From Microthyrium microscopicum (taxonomy: Eukaryota), in contig MU004230.1 of the NCBI GenBank assembly GCA_010405405.1, positions 3,707,119 to 3,771,118 of the forward strand: a stretch of DNA of 64,000 nt. Reading direction: 5' to 3'. Below, piece after piece: positions 50,356 through 63,229 of the stretch. The position numbers and the translations under genes are program-made. Numbering within the stretch: position 1 is the stretch's first letter; each line of letters starts with the position of its first letter. The notes below the pieces were generated by a model, which saw only the letters and a program-made list of their open reading frames with translations, searched no databases and had not been told where the DNA came from.

Positions 50356-52774
50356 ATGGATGCCCACATTGATTCGAGCCCGCCGCTCAAGAAGCGTGGA
50401 CTGCCCATGAATCCGTTTGTTTACGACATAATAGTCTGGATCATAAACATCATTCTGGATCTCTTCTTTCGAGAAGTCCACCCACGAGGCTCATGGCGTA
50501 TACCTCGCGAAGGTCCTGTTATCTTCGTAGCTGCGCCTCATGCAAACCAAGTTCGTGTCTCAGAAAGCTTGATATGTGATGTTATACTGAATATGGCCTT
50601 GTGATAGTTTGTCGATCCCATCCTTCTCATGCGTGTTATAAGACGTGAAGCCAAACGTCGTGTCGCTTTCCTCACCGCCGCCGCATCCATGAATCGACCA
50701 TTCGTGGGCTTTATGGCCAGACAGGTCGGGTCGGTGCCCGTGAGCAGACCCCAAGATATGACTAAACCAATGGTTGGCAAGATTTATCTTCCCGACCCTG
50801 ATAACGATCCGTTACTTGTTCGGGGGTATGGGACGAATTTTGAAGATCCAAAGGTCCAGGAGGGTGGGCTTCTGATGCTCCCTACTGTGCACAACGAAGC
50901 TGCAAACGCGGAAATTGCAGAAGTCAAGGGCCCTGAGGAATTGCGACTTAAGAAGCCATTTTATGGGACCACCGCGATGAACCAACTCACTGGGCGCGAC
51001 AGAGTGATTCCAGATGGAAAGCACGAAGAAGATGTCCCCAAGCAGTTTGAAGGAACCCCGTTCAAGATTGCACCAAAGGTTGATCAGACTGGAGTGTATC
51101 ACTTTGTGACTGAGGTTCTTGGTGCAAACGGTTGTATCGGAATGTTTCCAGAAGGAGGAAGTCATGACCGTTCTGAACTACTGCCACTCAAAGGTATTCA
51201 TTCAGCAACACCCATCAGAATGTGACTAACAAGCATAGCCGGTGTTGCAATTATGGCTCTTGAAGCTCTAGCCAAATATCCTGACTGTGGACTAAAAGTC
51301 GTTCCATGTGGAATGAACTATTTTCATGCCCATAAGTTTCGGTCTCGGGCCGTTCTAGAATTTGGGGCACCTGTGCAAATATCGAGAGAAGACATCGAGT
51401 CCTACAAGAAGGGTGAACGAAGAGGTGCTATTGGCAAGACTCTTCTTATGATCCATGCAGCACTCAAAACAGTCACCATAAACACACCTGATTACGATAC
51501 TCTGATGGTGAGCATGAATTGAACGATGTGTTTATCAATTACTTACTTCTCTCTAGTTCATACAAGCCGTACGTCGATTGTACAAACCCAAAGGATCCAA
51601 GATCACTCTTCCACAAGTCGTCGAATTGAACCGAAGGCTTATCGAGGCTTATGCGGCTTACAAAGATGATGCAAGAATTACCACGCTCAAACGCTCCGTT
51701 GGAGAGTATAACGGACAACTTTTATCTCTCCAGATCAGAGATCACCAAGTCGAATACGCCAAAATGCCTTACCACAAGGCAATCTGGCTTCTAGTTTCAA
51801 GACTCGTAAGGCTAGGTCTTATGTCGATCCTCGTCATCCCTGGATTGGTTCTATTTGCGCCAATATTCATCCTCGGAAAACTGATCAGTCTGAAAAAGGC
51901 CAAAGCAGCTCTCGCAGCATCATCAGTCAAAATAGAGGCAAAAGATGTACTCGCAACCTGGAAGCTGCTTGTATCTCTCGCCGCTGCTCCCGCCTTTTAC
52001 GTTTTCTACACCATCATTCTGTCTACCTGGTACTCCATCAACCAAGTTAACGGCCTAATCTTCCGCGGCATCCCACTCTCAATCTTCATTCCCCTAGCCT
52101 TCTTCTTCTTCGCCTGCATGTCCTACGCCGCTCTCCGTCTAGGCGAAGTAGGAATGGACATGGTCAAATCTCTCCGCCCACTCCTCATAGCCCTCAGCCC
52201 CATGCACGGCTCCCAACTCGCCGCTCTCCGAGAACGTCGCCAAGAACTCGCCAACCAAGTCACAGAACTCATCAACACTCTCGGCCCAGAATTCTACCCC
52301 AACTTTGAAAAGAAGCGCCTCATCCACCCAGACAACTTCACCACCGCCGACGATGAGGACAGCTCAGAGGAATATGGCACCCCCAGTGAGCCCGCGACAC
52401 CAACGTCGCCTGGCTTTAACAGCTACCACATGTTTGGCAATTACTATGGCGACCACAGTCGACATCTGCCCCGCAATGAAAGTCTGCATAACATTTCGAA
52501 TATCGGCATGTTCTCTTCGCGCCCGGTTACGCCCCGTGGTCCGCGAAGTCGCAGCGGTAGTTTCGGCGGCGACAATAACCCCTTCAATGGGTTTTCGCCG
52601 CTCTCTAGCCATGGGAAACAAAAAGAATTCCACAAAAACGTGCAGAATTCGCTGCGGGAGCGTGGTAAGCGCCGTAAGAGTGAAGGTGGTAGTGGTTGGA
52701 ACAGCGGAACTAGTACTCCGAATAGTGAATATGACGGCCTTTCCATGTCACCAATGGGCAAAAAGAAGGCATAG
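50356..52774 (+). CDS. SCT1: glycerol-3-phosphate/DHAP O-acyltransferase (Sct1/Gpt2 family)
   Basis: FVAAPHANQFVDP (HxxxxD), FPEGGSHDR, CGMNYFHAHKFRSRAVLEFG, TM segments, Ser-rich tail; 3 introns. Confidence 0.93.
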
Positions 52775-53315
52775 AAGCAACAAGGAATGGGATATCAAAT
52801 AGCATATGAGGGTTCTTTGTTTCTCGGAGCACACACAACAGGTATTGCGAGGAGTTCAGCGTTCTGCCTTCAATAAATGGGGCGGTATAGCGATATGAAT
52901 TTTTCGGGAACTATGAAGTTTGTGTGTATACGAAATGGTTAAATTCGTTATGAGTAAATCAATGCGTCGTTGCAGTAAAAGTTTGTTACTGTCTTTTCCC
53001 CTACTCATTAATCCCTTGGTGATAAAACGTCACCGGTCGCAAAAATAAAGCTCTCTTAGAGCTTTTCCAAAGCAATACAAAAGCGCTTCACAAAGCGATA
53101 TGCCAAATTGATTAAATCCCACAAACTCCTTTTTCGTCATCTCCGTCATTGCCGCTTGGAGATGTCGGCTCGATTCGCCGTTAGTCGATTCATGCATTAA
53201 GTTCGTTCATATCCTCATGGCCTTGAGTTGCCAAATTATCGCCAACGCCATGATGGAAATGGCAATCAAACCGAGAATTCTACTGCTCTAGTTAGCCCAC
53301 TTGGCACTTTCTCCG

Positions 53316-54118
53316 CTATATCACTATCCAATCTGCAGTTTCTGACATGGAGTGTGAGCCTAGGTGCGCGCTGGGCGTTGGCGATCCTGCTTGGAACTAT
53401 TGAGTCATATTGTCAGCAAATGTACCCTCATTTCCTGTTCATAGCTTCCTTGTAAGGAGTTGTGGCACTTACATCCGAATCTGAACACGCGTCATAGTTG
53501 CTATGTCGCTCGCTCTCTGATGGCGCCCAGTCCGAGACTGAAGGCGCGTCAATCTCCGTGCCTGAATCGTCCTCGTACTGCTGGTGGTCGCGTGGACTCG
53601 CTGCTGGGCTCGGTAGTGCGGTCCGCTGGATCTCCGCGTCCGGGACGCTCGTCATCGCGGGTTCGATGTGCTCTGGCGGGGGTGTAGGAGGTAGTTCGGT
53701 CGGGATATCGAAGCGATTGTTCCAGCCACAAAAGCCATCATTTTCTAAACCATTCTCGTTAACATCTCACTCCCTTTTTCATTAATGCGTTCGGTGTGTA
53801 ATTACCGGTAGGAGCATTAGGATCCCAAGCCCACTGTCCATCACCAACCCGAAACTTGTAAACTATAGCAGACACTCCGCGGGGCACCAGAAGCGTGCAT
53901 TCGTAGATGGTATCGCGTGGATTGCCGTCTGAGCTGGCGCGCATCTCTTCGGGGACCCAATTATGGGCGCTCGACACGACGAAGACGGGCGGAGGCGTGT
54001 CGGTTTTTGGCATGCGGTAGGTTATGTTGACGAGCGTATGGTCTGGGCTCGATTGATGCGGGGCGAGAGATGCCATGACGTCGAAATGGTGGGTTGGTTT
54101 ACTGTCGTCGGGAGACAT
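53316..54118 (-). CDS. small protein with AMPK-beta/CBM48-like glycogen-binding domain
   Basis: PVFVVSS..NWVPEEM..YKFRVGDGQWAWDPNAPTENDGFCGWNN; 2 predicted introns; acidic Ser/Pro tail. Confidence 0.7.
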
Positions 54119-55716
54119 GGAGGGCTAATGATCGATGGTCGATGAGGAGGAGGTAGGTAAGTTTCTTGCTGCGGTGGGAAGGCGCGGTGAGACGTGAGAT
54201 CTGGCAGGCGGTTTGGAGATCGGTTGCCTGTTATCGAGGGTGGATTAGATTGAGGCAGGAATGTCTCAGATGGCGTGGTCAGGCTGTGGTTGATGTGAGA
54301 TGGTGGTTAGGATCGTTGGTCACTACTTCCGGTCAACGACGAAGCCTCCTCCTTTACGATTACGATGACAGGTCTTTGGTGGAGTCCAACTGTGGAGTAG
54401 CGTCTAGAGCGCTCAAAAATATTGAAATCTAGCCGCAGCAACCACTACAGCGCCGACAGGGTCTTGGTAGAGTATAGTTTTCTCTTATCAGAGTAAGAGC
54501 GAGGGTTACTGGTTCAACGGCCGTGGGCTCTACACACCTGCAGAGGCCGGTTGGGGCTCCCAATCGTGCCAATCATCAAGCTACCAGGCCCATGTGGGCT
54601 AAATAGCTATTGATTACTGTGTGGCGCGAGCTTAGGATCAGGCCTTTGACTATTTCCACGGTTGCCAGGTCCAGCTAGGTGTGGTGTTGCAAGTACAACA
54701 TGCGGCAGTAGTTTGCAGCCGCTACGCGCAAGTCGTGCAGAGAGCCCCTGGGGGCCTTGGAGTCTTTATGGCCTGGACTTGGTGATATTCTCGTAATATC
54801 TGAGCAAGATGCCCCGGATGAGAGGCATTGATGGTTGAAAAGAAAAGGTCCAAAAGCACTAGAGTGATGTTCAGGGTCCCAAATGATCGTCACAACGGTC
54901 CTAGTCACGATCCTCCCGAAGATACCCTATCCATAACGGCAACCAGGAGATATCTACACTCGTATCCATTGATTGTTCGAATATCAGACTATCAATCACT
55001 GTACCATACCCCGCAGCATATTTCTCCACTGCTCCCGACTTCCGGCTACCATTTCCAATTTGAGGCTCAACTGTCAAGCATTTCGGAAGCCAAAGGGACT
55101 CTTCGTTCACTCCTTGGAGGATATTGTGCCTGCTTGCTAATTTTGGCGTAATAGTTCTCACTCGGAAGCCAAGGATCTTCCAAGAGGGCACATTCAGTGA
55201 AAGATCGCACGACATCAAGTCATATCTATCAAATTTTTGTAAGGTTATTGAAGTCCTCGCATCAGTAAGAAAAGCCCATCATCATAGTTATCCTTGCAAT
55301 CCATCTCTAACCCACTAAACCATCTGTGAGTCTTGCTATTTCCACTTTTCATTAGCGCTTCGCAAGGCTGACCCGCAAGGCTGAGCATAAGGCTGAATAT
55401 TGCTTTGGAATACACCTTGTTGGTCTGCCTCGGGCTCATCAGTATGCAAACATGACCTACTGCGGATTAGCTGCCGCATATGCAGTATGGTTAAACGACG
55501 CAGAGCTGAAGGTTTGCGGTCCCCAGCCCCCATAATCGTCATGCTGTTGGGCTGGAATTTTAGGCTGCGAGAAACGACCCAGTTTTCACTATAAAGAGAG
55601 ACAGAGCGAGAGCTCACTTCTCTTTTCCTTCGCAGTCTTTCAGTCTGTGATCCTAAACGTATCTCATATGTGCGCTCAACTAAGCACTGTCTGCACTTTC
55701 TTTGCTGAGAACGCTC

Positions 55717-57867
55717 ATGAATCACGAACAGGTGTATCCCGAATTGACGGGAAAACATTCCACCAGAATCCTCAAACTTTACCCCAAATACCGTAATCGT
55801 AACGGTCGCTTGGCTGGAGAACTCATCGTTATCGATCTCGACCATCCACTAGTATTTGATGCTGTGTCTTATGTCTGGGGCAAAAGAATTGACCAAGGCA
55901 AAATCTTCTGCAAGAGAACGAGCGGGGACGGATATGGGGAGATTCGTCTCACTGCCAACGGAGAGGATGCCCTCAAACGCTTTCAATATCGCACCAAAAG
56001 CCGTCTCCTTTGGATAGACGCCGTTACCATAAATCAAAAGAGTGACAAGGAACGCAATCATCAAGTTGCAATCATGTCTCAGGTGTATTCCGTAGCGAGA
56101 AGTGTTCTTGTTTGGCTCCCCAGCGATGATGAATGGGCAAGCGACAGATTTACCTCTCACAACGTTCAAAGACTCCTAGATGACATTGCAAAGGGTTTTT
56201 CTTGGGAGACCACGGGCAGCTCCCACCGGGTAGCTGCGGAGCAAGAGATGGCTGTCTTGAGTCAAGCTCCCTGGTGCTCTCGAGTTTGGACAGTTCCGGA
56301 GTTTGCGTTTGCTCAAGACTGTCTGCTTTATTCTGGTGCAGCGAAGCCTTTGGACGGGCTTTCTGTGTATAGACTCTCATACGAATGGGAAGCTAGCCCT
56401 TTTCACTACAGGACCACTCGATCGGCCGGACGCTCTTGGGTGAAGCACGGTAATTCTTTAGCAATCAAGGAATCCTACAGCGGGTCAAGATGGCAGAACC
56501 TAGAGAACATGATTCTGACAAGTCGAGAGCTTGAGGCGTCGTTACCAGTGGACAAGGTATTTGCTATGTATAGCCTTCTTAAAGCTTCGCCGTCTAGTTC
56601 GGACACGAGTTCGGACCCCCATATTGCGCAGGCCCCTGACTACTCGAAGTCAGAGCATGAGGTATTTCGTCAGATGACAGGAAGCTTCATAAAAACTGTG
56701 AAAAATCTGCTCATCTTGCGGCATGTACCAGGCATTAAACAATCATCAGGGGGCGCATCTTGGGCAATTGACTTTACGAATCCAGGAAGACGCATCGGCA
56801 TCAAGATCGCATCTAAAGCCGCTTTATTGCCACCAAGTACATTTGATATATCAAAAGACTGGAAATTCTTGACAATTTATGGCCAATTTGTTGATACTGT
56901 TCGTTCCGTTGCCGTTGAATCTTTCCGCCCACCAAGCTCAGCAAGTTACACAAAAGAACAGGCAAAAGATGCGCTAAAAGTTGTGCTTAAGTGGTTTCAT
57001 CTAGCTATGCAAACCGATGCATCAATCCACTGTAAGACTCGGCGCTTCTTCTCACTTCCGCTTCTTGATTCAGTCTCATACGAAGAGGAAAATCAGAGCA
57101 CCTACGAAGCGCTTCAGGAGAACGAGACCACCTACGGAACGATTCAGTTGGCCCGGTTAATTCTCGATCTGCTTCCAGCACGGTCAAAAGCCCCGGGAAG
57201 GCGACCGGAAGTCGAAGCCGCAGGTTCCAAAGGACTCAAAAGAGAACTCAGTATCATGTGCTCTGGGTTCAAAGGTCTACCGTTACGTGACGTCGCAGAG
57301 GAGGCAGCTATTATAACTTCTTTTGTACAAGGACGACCTTTTCTTGGTCTTTTGGGCCATCGAAATGTCTTTGAGCCTTGTGGTCTTGTAAACTATGAGG
57401 TCAATCGACGGTTTCTGGACCAACGGGTACGGGACTGCGAATGGTCAGACCGGAACGATGAATCCTACCGGCTTTGTCTTGAAAGATTCTCTGATCGAGA
57501 GTTCTTCACTACTGAAGGTGGCTATATAGGTCTTACCAATGGCCATGTCCAAGAGGGTGATCACGTTGTCCTGGTGCCCGCGCTACACAGTCCAGTCTTA
57601 CTCAGGAAGCACAAAATCAGCAGTGAATACAGCTTTGTGGGCGTGGCGACAGTGCCAGATATGATGCCTCCCCAGAAACCATCTCAGATTATGACATCTA
57701 CTAGATTACCACTTACACGGCCTGGAAATACTGCAGAGAGCACATGGCGGCCAGATGTCACAGAAGGACAGAAAATCAAGGGTATCGAAACCTCTAATTC
57801 AGATCCTTCAATCTGGAATTGGGACCAGTTAAGGCATTTATGCCTGGAAAAATTCATACTTTCTTAA
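55717..57867 (+). CDS. HET-domain (HET-6-like) heterokaryon incompatibility protein
   Basis: TRILKL, FDAVSYVWG, LWIDAVTINQ..ERNHQVAIMSQVYSVARSVLVWL, PWCSRVWTVPE, DKVFAMYSL, PDYSKS, FFTTEGGYIGL..GDHV. Confidence 0.88.
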   Translation: MNHEQVYPELTGKHSTRILKLYPKYRNRNGRLAGELIVIDLDHPLVFDAVSYVWGKRIDQGKIFCKRTSGDGYGEIRLTANGEDALKRFQYRTKSRLLWIDAVTINQKSDKERNHQVAIMSQVYSVARSVLVWLPSDDEWASDRFTSHNVQRLLDDIAKGFSWETTGSSHRVAAEQEMAVLSQAPWCSRVWTVPEFAFAQDCLLYSGAAKPLDGLSVYRLSYEWEASPFHYRTTRSAGRSWVKHGNSLAIKESYSGSRWQNLENMILTSRELEASLPVDKVFAMYSLLKASPSSSDTSSDPHIAQAPDYSKSEHEVFRQMTGSFIKTVKNLLILRHVPGIKQSSGGASWAIDFTNPGRRIGIKIASKAALLPPSTFDISKDWKFLTIYGQFVDTVRSVAVESFRPPSSASYTKEQAKDALKVVLKWFHLAMQTDASIHCKTRRFFSLPLLDSVSYEEENQSTYEALQENETTYGTIQLARLILDLLPARSKAPGRRPEVEAAGSKGLKRELSIMCSGFKGLPLRDVAEEAAIITSFVQGRPFLGLLGHRNVFEPCGLVNYEVNRRFLDQRVRDCEWSDRNDESYRLCLERFSDREFFTTEGGYIGLTNGHVQEGDHVVLVPALHSPVLLRKHKISSEYSFVGVATVPDMMPPQKPSQIMTSTRLPLTRPGNTAESTWRPDVTEGQKIKGIETSNSDPSIWNWDQLRHLCLEKFILS

Positions 57868-58154
57868 CGCCGTCAACGCAATATCTCCACTGCTCAATAA
57901 GAAAGTAGCACTCTCTCTTCAAGCATGATATCGAACCTTTCACTACACTTTTGTATTGATTGCTTTATTTCTTACTTCTGTTTTAAACCACCACGAACCC
58001 CTTGTTCAATACACTAGGATATGAAGTATCTCTCGTCGTAAAGTTCGATGAGAGACATTATAGGTGTTTGCAACCGGCCATTCATTTTGTCCAATCTATG
58101 ACAAGTATTGTAGCAGTAAGCATACTCGAAAGATTATTTCATATACATGAAGGG

Positions 58155-58870
58155 CTATACGTGCTGTTGTTGTTGTTCTCTCACGTACTGCTCTCTCGCT
58201 TGCAGCAATAGGTCCTGTTCTTTCATATACCGCTCTCGTCCCCGAGCAATGACTTGTTGTCGCTCTTCCATTGCCGCATCAACTCTGTCTCGATCCTCCT
58301 CGGAGCCTTCCACACAACCTCCCACCACTCGTTCATAATAGCATGCCCACAAAGCAAAGATGTGTAAGCCCCTAAGTCAAAGTAAGCAAACAATAAGTCA
58401 AAGCATGGAATACCAAAGCTTACGCTAGACATCCGCCGCCCAGGTAGTCCGCAAAGATCGACATCTCCGCTTCTAAATGCTCCAGTTGATGTGCTTTGCT
58501 TGTGAGACTTTCACTTATAGGGATATCCGGCTTCGCTGCGTCTTTGACACGCTCAGAAGCAATCATACTAGAGAGCAAGGCCAGAAAGATTGCGACATCC
58601 GAGAATATTATCAGTGGTGTGCAGGAAGACAAAGCCATGCCGTGTTTCCAGTTTCTTCCTCGGTCGATTAGATCTACTATACTCATGATAGCGGAAGTTG
58701 CGGTCTACCAAACATGTCAATATCAGGGAACTGAAGGTTGGTCAGTGAGTACATACAAGCGCTGTGAGAAAGATCTCCCAATCAGGTACCCAGGTTTGCG
58801 GAATAAAGGCTGCATGTGCGGCACAAAGACTTAATGCAAGACAGATTATGGGTATACGTATTTTCAGCAT
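58155..58870 (-). CDS. hypothetical multi-pass membrane protein
   Basis: Three exons splice in frame (gtatgt..tag, gtaagc..tag): MLKIRIPIICLALSL.., three further hydrophobic segments, charged C-terminal tail. Confidence 0.6.
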
Positions 58871-60065
58871 CGCTCTCTGAGATATTCGAGTAGTTGGTAT
58901 GGCCTAGAGCCAAGAAAGGTAGTCAAGTATGAGGCGATTTGAGAATTGTCTAGCGATATGTGATACTGCTTTCTTTGACTTGTGAATTGATGGAACATAA
59001 GTCATTTCAACCATCGTCCTTCTTCGTTATTATGTTCAAAATTGCTATGCCATAATTAGAAGGCAACTAAAGTTGTTCAACCTGGTCGAGGATCTTGATC
59101 TCAAGGATGCGAAGGAGTAGAAGGATTCTAGCACAGCCCTGTAGCATTCGAACGTTACACATGAGAGTCTCTACGTTCTGAATACCCGAGATAAATTGCA
59201 GAAAAATGAACAAATGACAAAATATCGACGTGTTCCAATTTGCTGACGAGACAATAAGTTGGTCATGACCAGACGGGTATCTCATAAATACACATTTAGG
59301 CTACCATCGGTCGTGTGTCCAACTATCTTTACTGGAGTAGAATGTAAAGCCTCGGTCACTGATAGTATACTTGCTCAAAATTGTCGGTATCGAATTTTCC
59401 AGAAACAATAGTTGGTAGGCTTCGAAAACCGCAAAGCCTCGCGCTAATACCTGATCTACCTACCATCAAGTGGTGACTTCAAGACCATTGACCACTAGAC
59501 GAGTGTTCTGAGGCCACGATCCGGCAGGGGTTATTGACATTGCAATATAAAAGTAATGAAGAGCATTCTGCGCCACAGACAATCTCCTGTCACTACTATA
59601 CATCAACCTTAGAAGGCAGACAAGGCAGACTCACTGTTGGTCACGCCACAAGGAGAGACCGTAAGTGCTATGAAACCATGCGCTTGCAAATGTGACTCCA
59701 AGTCAAATCAGAAACCTTTTCCAGAGCTCAAAAATAAGACCTGAAAAGCGTCAAGCTCGGCTATTCTCTCTGATACTGCTTTGGATAGTTAGAGTATGTT
59801 GCGGAGGCGGATACCTTTCAGCCTTATGACAGCTGGGCTTGCTGACCAATGGACAAACAAGTAAATGAATTCCGAATCTGGTTGAAAGTACTTGATGTAT
59901 CTAACTTCTCTGATTAACTCTACGGGATAGAGCAATAGGCCATACCAAGAACGTTCATAAGATCTGCATTACACTGCCGTCTATTGTAAACTATGTACTC
60001 TTCAACCTACAACTTGTATGCAAGATCGCCCGCAGCCCGCCTATCCAAAAAACCACCTCTCTCAC

Positions 60066-62339
60066 CTACTTCCTCCCAAAAGAGCCAAACAAATCCCCCC
60101 TCCGCACCCCAAACCTCTCCTCCAAAAACTTCAACACCTGATCATCCGGCTCCTCCGCCGTACCCGGCAACCCCATAACCTTCAACCCTTGCAAACTCTT
60201 CGCCCGTGATAACGCTACGTATGCCTGTCCAGCCTCAAAGCTCTTGCTCAAATTCACCACCACTCGACTCAACGTCATACCTTGGCTCTTATGTATGCTC
60301 ATCGCCCACGCTGGGAGCAGCGGGATCTGCGTACGCCAGATGAGGGATGGTGGAGTGCGTGAATCGCCGAGGAGCTCGGTGATGGAGCATTCGGCGGTTA
60401 TGACGCGCTCGGTGCCGTTTTGGAAGCGGACGACGGGCCATTTGCGTTTGGCGGGGAGGCGGGTGTGGGCGAATTCACGGGTGGAGGATGCTTGGAGGTC
60501 GGCGTGGGTGCCGAATTTTTCGGTGGTGAAGCGGAGGCGTTCGGGGGTGGGTTTGGTGGGTTTGATTGTTGGTGGTGGTGGTGGTGGTGGTTTGGGCTGG
60601 GCAAGTGCTAGGGGTGGGTCGAAGAAGAATGATGGATCTGTGTCGTGAGAGACGTGAGAGTCTGGTGCATTGATGGCGGAGGCGGTGAGGGCGGCGGCGG
60701 CTGCTGCTGGATTCAGGCCAGCTGCTGGATTGAACGATGCTGTTGGTTGAAGTTGATGTGGTGGAGGTGGTGCTGGCAAAGGCTCAAAAGCGTCTTCCCA
60801 ACGCATGATTTTGCCTTGGCTGCCGTTGATGAGACCTTCAGCGACACTGATGTTGACAAGCAGAATGACGAGAGCGCCTGTCTTTAATGAGAGTTCGGCC
60901 TCGAAACGGTGGTCTTTGAAGCATGTGAGAAAGCCGCTTTGATCTCGATATGTCTTGGATTGCAGTTCTCTCACATGTTCGTCCTACTCGGCCTTAGCTA
61001 GATGCTCATAGGGGACTCTAGAGGGATGAGGAAGTGCATATGCTTTCTTAGCCGCTGTGTTGAAGCAGAGCCAAGTCCAACATCATATCTCACCACCCTC
61101 GAAAGAACATACCTGAATCCTAAGTCCATCAATCGCCTTGAAGTCCTGCCTCAAACTCCCCAACCGATTAAACTCAAACTCATTCCGCTCCTTAACCTCC
61201 TTCCTTGTAGCAAAAAGCTGCACCGCCCCAAAAGTCTCACACTCATGATCCAACAACAACGCCCTCTCCTTATTCGTAAACGGCACGCCCATCCTACACT
61301 TCTCCAGCAACCCAATAAAGGTCGGATCACTCTGTCTATGAATCGTCTTCAAATTTATACACTTGAAATTCGCCTCCTTCCAACAATCCGCCTGAAACGC
61401 CCACTTATCCTCATCGTAAAACTCGCCATGCTCTTTGCACTCATACACTCTTCCAGGCACTTTCTGGATCGTCGCCTTGCCACAGTCTTTACAATGCTGG
61501 AATGGCTTCACTGGCGGCAACTGGAAGAAATCGCCTAGAAACACACATTGTACGCCACCGAATGGAGTATCGGCCGCATCGCGATATGCATAGCCACGAC
61601 CTGCTTTCATCATCTCACTGACTCTTTCTAGTAGATGATTTTCTACCATACTGATCTCGTCAATGACTAATACATCCGTCTCCCTAAATCTCTTGCTAAT
61701 AACCTTGCCATGCGCGCGCACTCTCAGCTCTTGCAGCGGCAACTTGAGCGAATCTGGCGTAATCCCTGCGTATGCGTGCAACGTTTGTCCGCCAATGTCA
61801 ACAGCTGCGCGGCCCGTGGGCGCAACGATGCGAACATTGAGTTGGCGATCGCGTAGCTCGGCGACGGCAGCTTTCAGAACGGTAGACTTGCCGCAGCCTG
61901 CAGAGCCAGTGAAGAAGACGTTGTCACCGCGGAGGATCGTGTCGACGAGGTCGCGCTGTTCAGCGCAGAGCGTTGGAGGAGGATCGGGGATGGGCGCGCG
62001 GGGCTGTTGGTTGGCGGAGATGGATGTTGGGATCCCGGTGGGGAGGGGCGGGTCGTCTGGTATGTGGATGACATCTTGAGTGTCGGCGATGGTGGAGAGG
62101 GAGATGTATTCAGCGGGCGCAGCGGAGGCGAGCGATGTTATCGAGGTGCGTGAGGCTGGATTGCTGTGGATTTGTGGTTTGGGTTGCGGAGATTGGTCGA
62201 TGAGGTTCTTGGTCTGATTTTCTTGGTCGGGAGTGGGCTCTTGCTTGGTGATGGCGGTGGTGTTGATGCGTTTTGGAGGAGGTGGAGGAGAGCTTGTGAG
62301 GTCGATGACTTCGATGTCATCTCTGGCGCGTTTCGACAT
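60066..62339 (-). CDS. PIF1: Pif1-family SF1B 5'-3' DNA helicase
   Basis: FFTGSAGCGKS, APTGRAA, IDEISMV, PFGGVQ..GDFFQLPPV, IHRQSD, RTQIPLLPAWAMSIHKSQGMTL, GQAYVALSRA; intron ~60984-61112. Symbol is family-level. Confidence 0.92.
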
Positions 62340-63229
62340 ATTTTCTGTGCTCTTTGCGAGTAGAGATCGAGTCTTTTATTGTCCTGTGGAAGGGACGTGT
62401 GGGTGCTATTTTTGGAGTTGATAAAGCTATGTGTGGTGGTGACAATTCTCCGAGTAAAGGAGAACGCGTCGTTAAGACGCGTAGCGCCACCAAACGTTGT
62501 GGGGTAAGAATTTCAGCCTTATAGCAACGCCATTCATACATTATTTTCCGCACCTCATCCAAGACGTGAATATTACATGAAATAGAGCGAAAATAGATCA
62601 ATTCGTTGCAGAGTTCAAGCTAAAAGACATCATCATCAACAAGCGTACAGTAACGGGCAATTTTCACATCACTAAACTCATAGACGATAACTTTGTCAGA
62701 CTTGATGAATTGATTCAAACTACACGTACAAGAACAAGTCTATAACGACCTGTTTCTGCCCATCCAGCGCCAACCCACTGTATACGTAAGACACGAGCTG
62801 CACCAGCAAGAAAATCATGTCCGACATGCACATGAAAAGCAATAGTAGCAAAATACACATTTCCCAATACGCGCTTCATCCCCGCCATACCCCGAGCTAA
62901 GCAGTAGTGCCTAGCGATAGTCGTCTAGGATGAAACGCAGGTATCCGAACAAATGAAAAGAAGACAACAGGCAAGTATAAACAGCCCCCAAGGCGTAGAG
63001 CGCCTCAAAGTTTTCGTCACCGTGCTGAAGCCAATGGGATGTTTCGCAATGACAGAAAGGATGAGAAAATATTTGTGCTGTTTTCGGAAGGTTTTGCGCA
63101 AGACATCCAAAGCTATCGTTGCAAGTCATGGGTCTCATGAGTCAAATCAAAAGGGTAGAAAAGAGTGGTCAGCAGTCAGGGGGGCTTGCTGCAGCACTCT
63201 GTTGGTACAATTGAATCGCAGGCGTTGCT

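Noticed and set aside
60066..62339. Helitron
   Set aside because: Pif1 helicase without a Rep/HUH domain or Helitron termini, not RIP-mutated, among ordinary genes.
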